This document shows positions 27,328 to 37,806 of a DNA stretch of 64,000 nucleotides, one piece after another (positions within the stretch are counted from its first letter, which is position 1; each line of letters starts with the position of its first letter). Under the pieces are notes generated by a model. That model saw only the letters and a list, made by a program, of their open reading frames with translations, was not told the DNA's origin and searched no databases. Source of the stretch: a virus; IMG/VR virus record IMGVR_UViG_3300008262_002626, positions 1 to 64,000 of that record; one strand, given 5' to 3'. A program made the translations under genes and the position numbers.

Positions 27328-28428
27328 TTAAATTGCTGGTAATTTATCGTAATCAATTACGTCACTCATAACACCAATGACATAATTCGTTGATTCGTTT
27401 TCTTGTAGTGCAGTTTGTTTTTTGCTAGTATCGCTATGTTTATTGAACCACGGAATCGGTGTTGTCTTTGATGCAGAATTCCAGTACTTGATTCCAATGT
27501 CTTTAAGAGCACCAACTGCTGTGTAGTCAACAAAATCTTTTAGAATATTTGCGTTAAGACCGATAACAGGTCCTTTCATAAACAAATAGTCTGCCCATGC
27601 TTTTTCTTCTGCAATGACATCCTTATATATCTGTAAGACTTCTTCTTGACATTCCTGTGCGGCCCTAGCAAAACGTGGATCTTCTTTAACTACTTGATTA
27701 ATTAACCAAGCTGTCCAACCTTTGTGTAGTAGTTCGTCTTGTAGAATTAGGCTGATGATGTTGCCATTACCAATAAAGATCTTGTTCTCAACCATTGCTA
27801 GACTTGTAGCAAATGACACCATAAAGCGGAATGCTTCTAAGGCATAACTCGCATGTAAAGCGAGGTAAATGGCCTTGATATGAATCTCTTCAGGTACCAC
27901 TTCGCCAAGCTCTTTCCTGCTGTTGATGATATGCAGGTCATCATAATAACGTCCAACACTTGATGCCATATCGACAATTTCTTTAGTGTCATGGATTGTA
28001 TTGAATATGTCTTTTGGTACATTGTAAATATTCCGAATAATATGACTGTAACTACGGCTATGAATGTTAGTTTCAAAGAATGTCCAGTTGTAGACCAATG
28101 CTTCTAGTTCTGGAAGACTTACGACCGGAGTAAAGATTTGACTTGGGCCGCGACCTTGCAGACTGTCAAGAGCAGTTTGCCTAAGCAGGTTGCTAGTGAA
28201 GATATGTTTAACTGCATCTGATGCATCCTTAAAATCTTGTGCATCTTTGGTTAGACTAATCTCTTCTGGAACCCAAAAGAAACCCCTAGCTGTCTTTTCA
28301 AAGTCTGCAATCTTGTTATACTTTACTTCTTCAAATCGTTGAATGGTAACTGGGCCCGCTGGATCCAAAAACATTTTACGACTCAAGTAGTCAGTTTTTG
28401 TCTGTAAGTTATATTGTTGTTTGCTCAT
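27328..28428 (-). CDS. nrdB: Ribonucleotide reductase class Ia beta subunit
   Basis: FFWVPEE, ETNIHSRSY, EAFRFMVSF, DELLH, ALQENE; start MSKQ by TAATG overlap. Confidence 0.95.
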   Translation of the reverse strand: MSKQQYNLQTKTDYLSRKMFLDPAGPVTIQRFEEVKYNKIADFEKTARGFFWVPEEISLTKDAQDFKDASDAVKHIFTSNLLRQTALDSLQGRGPSQIFTPVVSLPELEALVYNWTFFETNIHSRSYSHIIRNIYNVPKDIFNTIHDTKEIVDMASSVGRYYDDLHIINSRKELGEVVPEEIHIKAIYLALHASYALEAFRFMVSFATSLAMVENKIFIGNGNIISLILQDELLHKGWTAWLINQVVKEDPRFARAAQECQEEVLQIYKDVIAEEKAWADYLFMKGPVIGLNANILKDFVDYTAVGALKDIGIKYWNSASKTTPIPWFNKHSDTSKKQTALQENESTNYVIGVMSDVIDYDKLPAI

Positions 28429-29084
28429 TAGTAATTTCCTGATGCAAGAACAATCTTGCAAATATGTTCTAATCGTTCTATATGTTCGTAGGCACGCCAA
28501 GGACTAGTATCGATAGCAACTACACCATGTCCTTTGATGCCTACTATATCAAATTTAATATTGCCATCACGATCTAATTGTAACTTCTCGTGACATTGAT
28601 TTCCTAGTTCTTCGGAAATTGGGGGTACGTCACCTACATTCGGAGCAACTTTAGTGTACCGACTAAGCTCTGGAAAATATTGGCAGAGAGTATTCAATTC
28701 GATTCCGGCATGCATAGCCGCAACAGTATAAGTTGGATGCACATGAATCACTACCCGAACGTCGTCCTTGTGTTGTCCCATTTCTTTTTGTAATCCAAAA
28801 TGTAATGGGATCTCTCCAGATGGTCTTAGTTTGGCGCTGATATCAGTATATTGTATATCTTCCCAACTGTAGTTAAATGCGGCACTACCTACACCACTAT
28901 TAATAGTTCTCCAAATTTTAATTTTCTTGAACTGATCAGGTTGTAGTGTTTGCTTACGGACACCGCTAGGTGTAATATAAAAGTGATCACGGTCGTGGTG
29001 ACGAATACTTACATTACCATCACGACTGGTAATCCAATTACGTTGATAAGCATCTTTAAGAACTTCACAAATAGTTTCTAACAT
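28428..29084 (-). CDS. Class II aldolase/adducin family protein
   Basis: DGNVS, ITPSG, PSGEIPLH, HVHP, GHGVV. Confidence 0.88.
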   Translation of the reverse strand: MLETICEVLKDAYQRNWITSRDGNVSIRHHDRDHFYITPSGVRKQTLQPDQFKKIKIWRTINSGVGSAAFNYSWEDIQYTDISAKLRPSGEIPLHFGLQKEMGQHKDDVRVVIHVHPTYTVAAMHAGIELNTLCQYFPELSRYTKVAPNVGDVPPISEELGNQCHEKLQLDRDGNIKFDIVGIKGHGVVAIDTSPWRAYEHIERLEHICKIVLASGNY

Positions 29085-31432
29085 TATAACTTACACGCCT
29101 CACAATCTTCTTCTACCATCTCGACATCGACACTATGCCCATTCATTCCAGCTGTGTGGTATCCGTTAACTTCCGATGCTACTTCGATTGCTTTACTGCC
29201 TGCTTTATTAATTAGGCTGTAGTAGAAAGTCTTAATACCCCATAGCTGTGCTTGCATTAAGTTCTTAGCAATCAGTGTAGTTGGTACTTTGCGCTCTGGG
29301 AAGTGTGCAGGATTATAGAATGTGTTTGTTGAGATACTTTGATCAACATAGACTTGGAGAACAGCCGCTGTTTTTAAATATCCTACACAGTCAGTTTGAT
29401 CCCACATCAATTGATACTTGTTCTTTAGTTTATGATAATCCGGAACAACTTGTGTGAATGATCCTGCCTTAGACTCTTTAGTACTAATAAGGCTCATCGG
29501 CATTTCTATTCCATTTGTACTATTAATAACAACACTACTAGACTCAACTGGAGCAATAGCCATAAGTGTAGCATTTCGTACGCCATGTTCCTTCATCTCC
29601 TTACGTAGTGGTTCCCAGTCAAGCTCTGGTTTAAAGTTTGCTAGTTCGTTTACACCCTTAGCACGGATTTCCCATGGAAATATACCTTGACCATAGCGTG
29701 TCTTATCACTGTCTAAACATTTTCCACGTTCTTTAGCTAGTTCAACCGTTGCTTCTGTTAGATAATAGGCTTGATGCTCCATCCAGCTCTTAACTTCTGC
29801 TAGTGCATCTTTCTCACCATACTTATGACCTCGCTTGGCATGCCAGTAGGCTAGATTAGTTACGCCAATACCCAGTGGTTGAATTTCGTCGTTACTTAAT
29901 TTAGATTGGATGCTAAGAAAGTCTTGGTAATCCAATATATTGCAAAGACTACGCTGAAGTATCCTGCAAGCACGACGCATATCTTCGGGATTACGGAACG
30001 CTCCCCAGTTGATGCTGCCAAGAGTACATAAAGCGATGCGGCCGGAAGGGTCATCGAGGCGCTTAAAACTACGAGTAGGTAAAAGTATTTCACAGCATAA
30101 GTTTGACTGATAGATAGTGTGGTACTCAGGATCAAATGGCCCTTGGTTCATGACATTATCAATGAACACCAGGTAGATGCGACCTGTATCAGTCCTCTCC
30201 TTTAAAATACCACCTTTAAATACATCTTCGGCATTCATCGACTTCTTACGAAGGCCGGCCTGCTTCTCATATTTGACATACAATTTTTCGAATAATTCGG
30301 TGTCTCTGTAAAAGGCTTCGTACAAGTCAGGCACTTCATTAGGATCAAAAAACGTAATGTTTTCTTTATTTTTGAAACGGCGCCAAAAGAATGCTGATAG
30401 CACCACTCCGTAGTCCATGTGACGCACACGAGTTTCTTCAGTTCCTTGATTGTTCTTAAGGACAATGAGGTCGTCAAACTGATGATGCCAAATAGGATAA
30501 AAGACTGTAGCACTAGCGTTACGTATTCCACCTTGACTGCAACTCCTTAAATCTCCAAACCATTTCTTTAGAAATGGGATCATACCAGTATGCATGATCT
30601 CACCACCTCTGATGGGGCTACCTAGTGGACGTAGACGCCCAATCTCCAAACCAATGCCAGCACGTTTGCTGGCATACTTGGCCATCATCTCACCAGAAGC
30701 AAATATGCTATCCAGATCGTCGTCACTGCGGATAAGAACACAACTAGAAAACTGTTTAGTAGGAGTCCCGAGGCCAGCCAACACAGGTGTAGCAAGAGTA
30801 AACAGACCATCTGAAGCACAGTTGTAGTACTCTTTGATGTAACGCATACGGGCCGCATTAGGTTCCTCTTTATGGAATACAGTCGCGGCCGCAACCATAT
30901 AACGAACCTGTGGTGTTTCATAAATTTCCTTTGTCGCACGATTGCGTACCAAATATTTTTCAATCAACTGCTCAATAGCGGCGTACGAGTATGTTTCGTC
31001 TTTTTCGTGATCGATAAACTCGTCCATCTTATTCCAATCATCTTCTGAATACCAGTTTAGCAACTCCGGAGTATATAGACCAATGTCTACATTTCGTTTG
31101 ACAATTTCGTATAGACGAGGAACTTGATAGTCTCCGTACACATCCTTTCGCAACATACTAAGACGTTGTTTGCCTGCTACATATTGATAATTGGTGTGCC
31201 CTACATCTGGATTATGTTCTACATCAATAAGATCAACGATTGCTCTAAGAGTTATTTCGTCGATTTCTCTAGTAGTAATTCCATCATAGAAATGTGGTTG
31301 ACTCTTAATTTCTATCATTGATTGGCTAACGTCGGCAATACCACTGCATACTTTCGCTACCTGAGCTTGCCATTTTTCTACTGCTAGTGGTTCACGCTTT
31401 CCGGATCTTTTAATTACTGTAATGTTATTCAT
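29084..31432 (-). CDS. nrdA: Ribonucleotide reductase class Ia alpha subunit with ATP cone
   Basis: VIKRSG ATP cone, QFSSCV, SNLCCEI, APVESSS, C-terminal CEACKL. Confidence 0.97.
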   Translation of the reverse strand: MNNITVIKRSGKREPLAVEKWQAQVAKVCSGIADVSQSMIEIKSQPHFYDGITTREIDEITLRAIVDLIDVEHNPDVGHTNYQYVAGKQRLSMLRKDVYGDYQVPRLYEIVKRNVDIGLYTPELLNWYSEDDWNKMDEFIDHEKDETYSYAAIEQLIEKYLVRNRATKEIYETPQVRYMVAAATVFHKEEPNAARMRYIKEYYNCASDGLFTLATPVLAGLGTPTKQFSSCVLIRSDDDLDSIFASGEMMAKYASKRAGIGLEIGRLRPLGSPIRGGEIMHTGMIPFLKKWFGDLRSCSQGGIRNASATVFYPIWHHQFDDLIVLKNNQGTEETRVRHMDYGVVLSAFFWRRFKNKENITFFDPNEVPDLYEAFYRDTELFEKLYVKYEKQAGLRKKSMNAEDVFKGGILKERTDTGRIYLVFIDNVMNQGPFDPEYHTIYQSNLCCEILLPTRSFKRLDDPSGRIALCTLGSINWGAFRNPEDMRRACRILQRSLCNILDYQDFLSIQSKLSNDEIQPLGIGVTNLAYWHAKRGHKYGEKDALAEVKSWMEHQAYYLTEATVELAKERGKCLDSDKTRYGQGIFPWEIRAKGVNELANFKPELDWEPLRKEMKEHGVRNATLMAIAPVESSSVVINSTNGIEMPMSLISTKESKAGSFTQVVPDYHKLKNKYQLMWDQTDCVGYLKTAAVLQVYVDQSISTNTFYNPAHFPERKVPTTLIAKNLMQAQLWGIKTFYYSLINKAGSKAIEVASEVNGYHTAGMNGHSVDVEMVEEDCEACKL

Positions 31433-31679
31433 GTCTTTTACGCTCTTTGTGTATGGTTCTATATTGTTGTTTATTATGATTAGGAAGTATTTAGTGGCTC
31501 ATACCGAACCAAAGAAATATCGTGGTTCTCAATGGTTTAAGCCTTGATTTTGCTTGATTTTGGAAAAAAAATTTTTCAACACGAACCTTATCAAAGATAT
31601 AAAGTAAATTATATGCGTATTTTTTGATAAGGTCAAGAAAGATTGATTAGGATGGAAAATAATATTCCATCCAAACCAA

Positions 31680-33869
31680 TTACATGATTGCAGTATATGA
31701 ATATGTAAATGTGCCACTAGCCAAATCATTTACGACACGTAGGGCAACTGCTCGAGGAGTGTCTGTACCACCAAACACTGATCCATTTTCATTTAATAGA
31801 ACTGCTGAGAATTCTAAGTCTAACGATGATTCTTCAGATACTCCGGTGATAACGTAATCGTCGGAAAGCTGGAGTTTGTTTTGACCGGTGGAATCACTTG
31901 CATCAACATCAACTAGTAATGATATTTTTCCTTTTCTAGTAAAAGTATTACTGTCTGCTTTGAAAACATAATCAATAACATAACTTATTGATCCACTAGC
32001 TGTCCCATTAGCACCTGTTGAGATTGGTAATACAGTAACCAATGATGGACTTGAAATCGGTCCAAGGTTTACTTGCCTTGTTGCATATGATGTATAGGTA
32101 ACATTTCCTGCAACTTCTGGAATATATGGTATCAACGACAGGTCTCCAACTAGTGTTGGATGGGTGCTTGAATTAAATGTTCCAGTCATATTTCCTGTAG
32201 AAACAGTTAATGATCTTTGTGGGCCGCCTAAAGTGTTGCTAATCGAAAACGTATTATCATCAACAATATTTTGAACATAATATGTTGTTCCAGAAGTAAC
32301 ACCACCTAAGTTGCTGTTAAATGTAATAGGTGTTCCTACTACTAATACATCCGTTGACTGGCTCGATTCAATAGTAAATGCTGTTGATGATGAACTTACG
32401 ATTGTTAATGTGTCTTGATCTGCAAAGGCTTCTGTAAAAGTTGTTTCGCCTACCGGTCTTATTTTCAAATTACTAAAATTGTTAAATTCAGTTAGATATC
32501 TTGTTACAAGAGTTATTGTTGAATCTGAAGTATAATCTTGTTTCAACGTTCCTCTAACTAGTGTTGTATTCTGCTCAATAGTATCTCCGCGACTAGCAGT
32601 TATAGGAGCACTCAATGTTAAGTCAACTGTAAATGACAGCACTGACAGTGATTCTTCTCTATCGGATTGATTATTACTACTTACATTACCTATTGAGCCG
32701 AACCACATCTGAGGATACTCTGGAAAGAAAACGCCGGCGCCGTCGTTACCAACATTAACTAATTTAGAATCTTCTACAGTATTTCCTTTGCCTCTACCGA
32801 TGTAAACAGCATGTCTCATTATATCTTCAAACTTACAAGAGCTAATCTGTGTTTCTCTAGGACCATATTGTTGTCCAACTGTAGTACCGTCAGCAGTTTC
32901 GCCTAGAACGAATCCCTGGCGGCAATCTCTTACTACGCATTCAGTAAATTGATTATTTAAAATATCTTGATTAGCATATACAGCAAAGCTAAATCCGAAT
33001 ATATTAATTCTATTAAACACGTTGTCCTGGCAGGTAACAATGCTAGATACAGCATTCATAACTATACCTTTACTGTCAGGATCATATATACCTTGCCAGC
33101 TACCTTCTATTACTAGATCTTCGAACACACTGTCTTTAACTGCATCTAGTTGTAGTACAGTTTGATCATTGTCATTACTCTTAAGAGTCATACCTTTGAT
33201 TATAATGTGTCTTGGCTGTGTATTTGCTGTTGTACTACCTAATGCACTTGGATTGTCAATAACCGAACTATCATTAATAAATTGAATTACAGGACCATTG
33301 CCTGTATGAGAAATAATAGTGCTGTTTGGGCCTGCGCCAATTAAACTGGCATAACTTGGAATATATAGTGTTCTTGTAGTTTTGTAAATGCCCGGAGGTA
33401 ATTCTAAAATCACACGAGCTTTAGCACCATCAGCGTCTTCAACTGATGCTTTTGTTGTTGGGTTGAGAAATAATTGATCTATGGCACGTTGTAATGCATC
33501 AGTGTCATCTGTTGTGCTGTTGGCTTCTGTTCCGAAGTCAGCTGTAGTAACTCTCTCATCTAACCGATCTTGTAGATCTCTTGATACAGGGTCGTTTGTT
33601 GATGGACCTGTTTGTATGGCAGGATCATTAACTTTATAAATGTAACTTAATAAATTTAGTAGGTTACCCTGAGCAGTTAGGTCACGCTCAGTTAGAATCT
33701 TTGTATTACCTACAGCAGGTGCACCTTCAGAAACAGACCCGTTACCAATATAAAGCTCTTGGGTATCTAGAGACCACGCTAGTTCGCCCGAAGCTAACTG
33801 CGGAAGTCCTGTTCCTGATAGTGATTTTCCTCTGCGTATTTGAATACGGCTGATTTGCACAACTGCCAT
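31680..33869 (-). CDS. Virion structural protein with beta-helix (pectate-lyase-like) region; tail fibre/baseplate candidate
   Basis: N-terminal QIRRG...LASGELAWSLDTQELYIGNG; DDTDALQRAID...LPPGIY; TAAATA upstream. Confidence 0.7.
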   Translation of the reverse strand: MAVVQISRIQIRRGKSLSGTGLPQLASGELAWSLDTQELYIGNGSVSEGAPAVGNTKILTERDLTAQGNLLNLLSYIYKVNDPAIQTGPSTNDPVSRDLQDRLDERVTTADFGTEANSTTDDTDALQRAIDQLFLNPTTKASVEDADGAKARVILELPPGIYKTTRTLYIPSYASLIGAGPNSTIISHTGNGPVIQFINDSSVIDNPSALGSTTANTQPRHIIIKGMTLKSNDNDQTVLQLDAVKDSVFEDLVIEGSWQGIYDPDSKGIVMNAVSSIVTCQDNVFNRINIFGFSFAVYANQDILNNQFTECVVRDCRQGFVLGETADGTTVGQQYGPRETQISSCKFEDIMRHAVYIGRGKGNTVEDSKLVNVGNDGAGVFFPEYPQMWFGSIGNVSSNNQSDREESLSVLSFTVDLTLSAPITASRGDTIEQNTTLVRGTLKQDYTSDSTITLVTRYLTEFNNFSNLKIRPVGETTFTEAFADQDTLTIVSSSSTAFTIESSQSTDVLVVGTPITFNSNLGGVTSGTTYYVQNIVDDNTFSISNTLGGPQRSLTVSTGNMTGTFNSSTHPTLVGDLSLIPYIPEVAGNVTYTSYATRQVNLGPISSPSLVTVLPISTGANGTASGSISYVIDYVFKADSNTFTRKGKISLLVDVDASDSTGQNKLQLSDDYVITGVSEESSLDLEFSAVLLNENGSVFGGTDTPRAVALRVVNDLASGTFTYSYTAIM

Positions 33870-33896
33870 AATAATATCCTCTATATAGGATATTTA

Positions 33897-34616
33897 TCAG
33901 TTGTTGCGGTAGTATTCCTCTACTCTGTCCCACCAGCGTTTTTCCCAGTAGTCAAAGTCTTTTGATTCAAGTATAAACTCTTGATATTTGGGTTCTTCCA
34001 CCATAATTAACTGCTCGTTTAATTTAGGGCTAACACACATTAAGACAACACCTTTGCGTATGTTTGTACCATGTACTTCATTGTGTGCTAGGGCATAGGC
34101 AGTTAATTGTAGATAATAATCCTCAATCCACTCTTGTTTTTTAGGTTTATTAGTTTGTTTGTAGTCTAGGATACTTTCTTCGTTTAGGTGTAAACCGCAT
34201 CCATCAGTCGTTCCTGCATACAGCCCCGGAAAATACAAAGGAACTTCTACACCCCATACTTCGTTAACATTTTTAAGGCCTTCACTAATAATGTGCTGTG
34301 CCATTTTATGACTTTGTTTACTGTAAGGATTAGTCCCTGGATCGTTTAAGTTTCCTGTAGTAATATAATCTTCTAGAAACTTGTGCATCCTAGTTCCCCT
34401 GCCGGCAGCTTCTGTAACGATAGCCTGTGCCTTTTCTTCACCTACTCGTTTCTTCCAGGCCTGAAGAGCCTGTACTTTTTCAATAGGTTTTGTTTTATCT
34501 AGGATTGTTGTAACTGACGGAACTTTGCTTCCGTCTGGAGTAGCATAAAGTCTTCGACCTTCTACGCTTTCTCTGCTGATTGGTGTATAATTAAATTTTG
34601 AAGTTAAGAGAGTCAT
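33897..34616 (-). CDS. PD-(D/E)XK exonuclease (Cas4/RecB-like phage exonuclease)
   Basis: PSVTTIL, RGTRMH, AGTTD, ILDYKQ, QLTAYA. Confidence 0.85.
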   Translation of the reverse strand: MTLLTSKFNYTPISRESVEGRRLYATPDGSKVPSVTTILDKTKPIEKVQALQAWKKRVGEEKAQAIVTEAAGRGTRMHKFLEDYITTGNLNDPGTNPYSKQSHKMAQHIISEGLKNVNEVWGVEVPLYFPGLYAGTTDGCGLHLNEESILDYKQTNKPKKQEWIEDYYLQLTAYALAHNEVHGTNIRKGVVLMCVSPKLNEQLIMVEEPKYQEFILESKDFDYWEKRWWDRVEEYYRNN

Positions 34617-34622
34617 GGTGCA

Positions 34623-34651
34623 AGTATATAGTCACTTGCACCATTTGTCAA
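34623..34651 (-). promoter_or_regulatory. Sigma70-type promoter, leaderless transcript
   Basis: TTGACA-17 nt-TATACT, 6 nt before the ATG. Confidence 0.75.
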
Positions 34652-34655
34652 TATA

Positions 34656-34840
34656 TTATTTGCCTAGTTTAGTGGCACGTTTAGCCATTTTCTCAACTTC
34701 ACTTTGGCCGGAATCTGTTCCTACTTCTGGTTCTTCTTCTGCCGTCTTTAGTGTAAGTCCTGTGCCGTCAAACTTATCTACCATTTTATGTAAAACCTGT
34801 TGTTCAGGTGGTAGTTGATCTTCTTGATCCCACGCGGCCA
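34656..34840 (-). pseudogene. Probable 3' fragment of a gene lacking its own start
   Basis: Protein-like C-terminus, but the only upstream start is a TTG inside the previous gene with no SD. Confidence 0.4.
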
Positions 34841-35742
34841 ACTTCAGCTGCCGGAGCGGCCATTGGCTCTTCTTCAGCACCTAATTCTGGTGGTGCGCCT
34901 AAGTCTGCTGTCATTTCGTCGCCTGTTGGTGCGCCCATTGCCATAGGTGCCTCACCGCCTGATACGATAGATAATGCTGATGAAAGGCCTGTACGTGATG
35001 TTTCAAGTGCTGTATAAATTGCCTCAAGTGCTGGCTTGACTGATTCTTGCCAACGTTGTGCAACGTCGCTACCTTGTGTTTCTCTTATAGAGTCTACTAA
35101 TTCTAAAAGCTGTTCTGCCTTCATGGCGGCCACGTCTTCTAGCCACCCTGTGATGCGGTCAACCATATCTTTGGTAGCCATAATGGTTTCAGCTTTATCT
35201 TCTTCGCCTTCCATTAGAACCCAGCCGGCAACGGATTCGTTTAGGTCGTAACGTAGTTGTAGTTCGGCCTTTAATTCTTCCTTGTCTGACTCGCCTAGTT
35301 CCATACGTGATAAAGCAGTATTGATCCAAGTTGTTGGAACTGACTCACTCATTGCACGTTTGCGAATAGTTGCGAAATAAACATTTTCGCCTTTCTCTTT
35401 ACCATATTGTTTTTTCATAGATGCCTTCATTCCTGAATCGTCTGTTTTAGCTTTGATATCTTTTTCTTTCTTTTTCTCAGCTGGAGTCATTTCTCTTTCT
35501 AGGATCTCTTGATTAATAACATCTAGCATTAGTCTTGTTTTTTGATATGTTGGACTTTCTAGCACAGAATCAAAGCTTTCTGAAAGCTCTAGTTGGCTTA
35601 TTCGTGTGCGTAGCTTATTACGTGCATCTTCAAGTTGCACATCTGTAAACTGCTCAAAGTTTAGCTTGTAGCCAAACTGTTTAGCTAGACTCTCGTTGAG
35701 CTGACTAGCTGTAGGTTGTTTTGAAAATTCTCTAATTTGCAT
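34804..35742 (-). CDS. Acidic helical late protein (prohead core/scaffold-like)
   Basis: MQIREF start after TAAATA; many LxE sites; E/A/P-rich tail. Confidence 0.55.
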   Translation of the reverse strand: MQIREFSKQPTASQLNESLAKQFGYKLNFEQFTDVQLEDARNKLRTRISQLELSESFDSVLESPTYQKTRLMLDVINQEILEREMTPAEKKKEKDIKAKTDDSGMKASMKKQYGKEKGENVYFATIRKRAMSESVPTTWINTALSRMELGESDKEELKAELQLRYDLNESVAGWVLMEGEEDKAETIMATKDMVDRITGWLEDVAAMKAEQLLELVDSIRETQGSDVAQRWQESVKPALEAIYTALETSRTGLSSALSIVSGGEAPMAMGAPTGDEMTADLGAPPELGAEEEPMAAPAAEVGRVGSRRSTTT

Positions 35743-35771
35743 GATTCTGTCCTAGAATTCTTATTACGTAT

Positions 35772-36233
35772 TTATACAAATGACCACTTAAACATCTTAG
35801 AAATTTCTTGCTTAAAATGCTGTTCTTTGAATGAGCTAGTTTCAAATCTAGTCAGCAATATCTGATATCTTTCGTAGTCTTTGGTTAATTTCATATTGTA
35901 TTTAAACACTTGAGAATCAATATGATTTGCCCAGTATTGTGTATCCAAGCGTTTAATTTCTTGTAGTTTTTCTAACTTAATCTCGTTATAGGCTTTTGCT
36001 GCCATAAGAGCACAGGTTTTTAAGAAAAACTCTCCTACATGCTGATCATGTTTAAAATTATACACAGACCAGTTGCCGGCTTTGGTCTGTTTAACGATAA
36101 AGTCTTCGTAGGATATCGAACCGTTGGGTAAAACTGTAATAGGAAGATTGCGATCTAGCTCTTCCTTAAATTGTTCAGCTAGGGCTCGTACTTTAGAACG
36201 ATTGATTTTATGTTTTGATTTTTTCATTTGCAA
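35772..36233 (-). CDS. Hypothetical protein
   Basis: ORF track. Confidence 0.65.
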   Translation of the reverse strand: MQMKKSKHKINRSKVRALAEQFKEELDRNLPITVLPNGSISYEDFIVKQTKAGNWSVYNFKHDQHVGEFFLKTCALMAAKAYNEIKLEKLQEIKRLDTQYWANHIDSQVFKYNMKLTKDYERYQILLTRFETSSFKEQHFKQEISKMFKWSFV

Positions 36234-36417
36234 CTACAGTAGGATTTTCCATTCCTATCTTAGTTACCAAACTTTTGCGGATCATGGCCTCAACTTTGAA
36301 TTGCTCGTGTTCGCTTAGAGTAGAGAGCTTAACTGGACGAGTTAGCTTTTTTAATATTTCTGCTTCTTCGTTAGTAGTCCAGATTTCGAAGTTATCAACT
36401 AGTTCGCTTATTTTCAT
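36208..36417 (-). CDS. Small hypothetical protein
   Basis: MKISELV start; ATGA coupling. Confidence 0.65.
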   Translation of the reverse strand: MKISELVDNFEIWTTNEEAEILKKLTRPVKLSTLSEHEQFKVEAMIRKSLVTKIGMENPTVVANEKIKT

Positions 36418-37112
36418 AGCCCAGATAGTTTCTTAATTGCTAGTAGTTCTTGATTTTCAAACTTTAGACTTGGATTTGTAGGATGTTGTCCAGGAAGACC
36501 AATAAAATCTAAACCTCTACCTACCATATTTGATTTTTGTAGGTATTCGGGACTTAGTCCATCCTTGCCAATCAATCTTGCAATAGTTGTTGGATCTGTA
36601 GTTTTCTCCCACTCAACTGGAGAAAGTACTTTTTTGTCTCTAGGTACTTGTCCTGACTGTACCGCTTTGATTCTATATTCTAACTGCTTCTTTTCCCAGG
36701 GTTGGGTAGCCTGTTGCATTAATGCAGTCAGCTGAGAAATATAATTTTGTGCTAGTTGATCATTAGGACCTTCTTCCATGTTCTTTTCAGCATTGACTGT
36801 AGTACCAGGTGCAATATTATCAGGAGTATTTAAGGTTAAAGTATTATTCTCGCCGGGTTTTAATTGTGATAGTTCGACAGTTTTGGCCTGCCCGTCTGGT
36901 CCGGTAATAGTTGCTGTGCCTGCGGCTTGGTTAACCTGGGAAATTTTACCTACCATACCACCTGGTTGCGTTTCGTTGACTTTCTTTTTGTCATCTCCCG
37001 GAGCAACAGGACCTTGTGGCTTTATCGGCTCAATATACTGCTTTGGCTTCTGTGCATACTTTTTAGCTCTAAAGCCTTTTTTATGTTCACCTACGATCTG
37101 ATTAACCTTCAT
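36414..37112 (-). CDS. Late protein with capsid-targeting-like N-terminus
   Basis: Start MKVNQIVGE after GGAG; C-terminal LAIKKLSGL. Confidence 0.65.
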   Translation of the reverse strand: MKVNQIVGEHKKGFRAKKYAQKPKQYIEPIKPQGPVAPGDDKKKVNETQPGGMVGKISQVNQAAGTATITGPDGQAKTVELSQLKPGENNTLTLNTPDNIAPGTTVNAEKNMEEGPNDQLAQNYISQLTALMQQATQPWEKKQLEYRIKAVQSGQVPRDKKVLSPVEWEKTTDPTTIARLIGKDGLSPEYLQKSNMVGRGLDFIGLPGQHPTNPSLKFENQELLAIKKLSGL

Positions 37113-37803
37113 TTTGTTCTCCAATGCTAAGACTAGCACTTTCTAATTTGTCTATATATTTACGCAATTTATCAATCTTACCTCTCGCTCTGAGTAACTT
37201 AAAAGCTAGATTTTCAACAGAATGTTCGCCGCCTTGTTCTAGGCCTGCTTGGCGGAGTCGTCTTATATTAGCCATAGTTTCTTTGGCTGTGGTTAGATCA
37301 TCAGATTTTAATGCTTGATTGATGCGTGAAGCATAGTTTCGAGCTTTGCTTTTTACTTCTTGTGCTGTAGCACGAGGTGCTCCCGGTTTTGGTTCACTGA
37401 GCCAGCTGTTATTTAAAACACTATAGATTCCAGCCGAGTAGTGTCGTTGTTCGTGGTCTTGTACATAAAGTTCTACATCGATATCTTTGATTTTAATAGA
37501 GTATCGACTGTTGTAGACATTCTTTTTAGCATCGTAGAGTTCTACCTTTTCCGGTGAGTCTACTACTGCTACTAGGTGCAGATCTAGATCACTGCTGTCG
37601 TTATAACCATAGCTGGCATTTGAGCCACTAATAGTTATGTCTTTAAGATCTAGTTTTTCTACGTTGAGATATTCTGCGAAGTGTCGAGCTATTTTTAGTA
37701 GTTGTAGTCTAACTTCGGGTATGAGTTTATTGTTGTCCCAGAGTTTAGGATTTAACTCGGGATGATAGGTAATAGGAGCAACTGATAGTTCTTGAAAGTT
37801 CAT
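37102..37803 (-). CDS. Pol-beta-superfamily nucleotidyltransferase
   Basis: SGSNASYGY...SDLDLH and VELYVQD. Confidence 0.75.
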   Translation of the reverse strand: MNFQELSVAPITYHPELNPKLWDNNKLIPEVRLQLLKIARHFAEYLNVEKLDLKDITISGSNASYGYNDSSDLDLHLVAVVDSPEKVELYDAKKNVYNSRYSIKIKDIDVELYVQDHEQRHYSAGIYSVLNNSWLSEPKPGAPRATAQEVKSKARNYASRINQALKSDDLTTAKETMANIRRLRQAGLEQGGEHSVENLAFKLLRARGKIDKLRKYIDKLESASLSIGEQNEG

Positions 37804-37806
37804 TCA

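Noticed and set aside
27328-31432. Inteins or introns in nrdA/nrdB
   Set aside because: Both ORFs are normal length and continuous
31529-31729. 66-aa ORF upstream of nrdA
   Set aside because: AT-rich, overlaps the upstream gene end, no SD; probably a regulatory spacer
33897-34616. Cas4 of a CRISPR-Cas system
   Set aside because: Lacks the four Fe-S Cys and there are no cas genes or array; typical phage exonuclease
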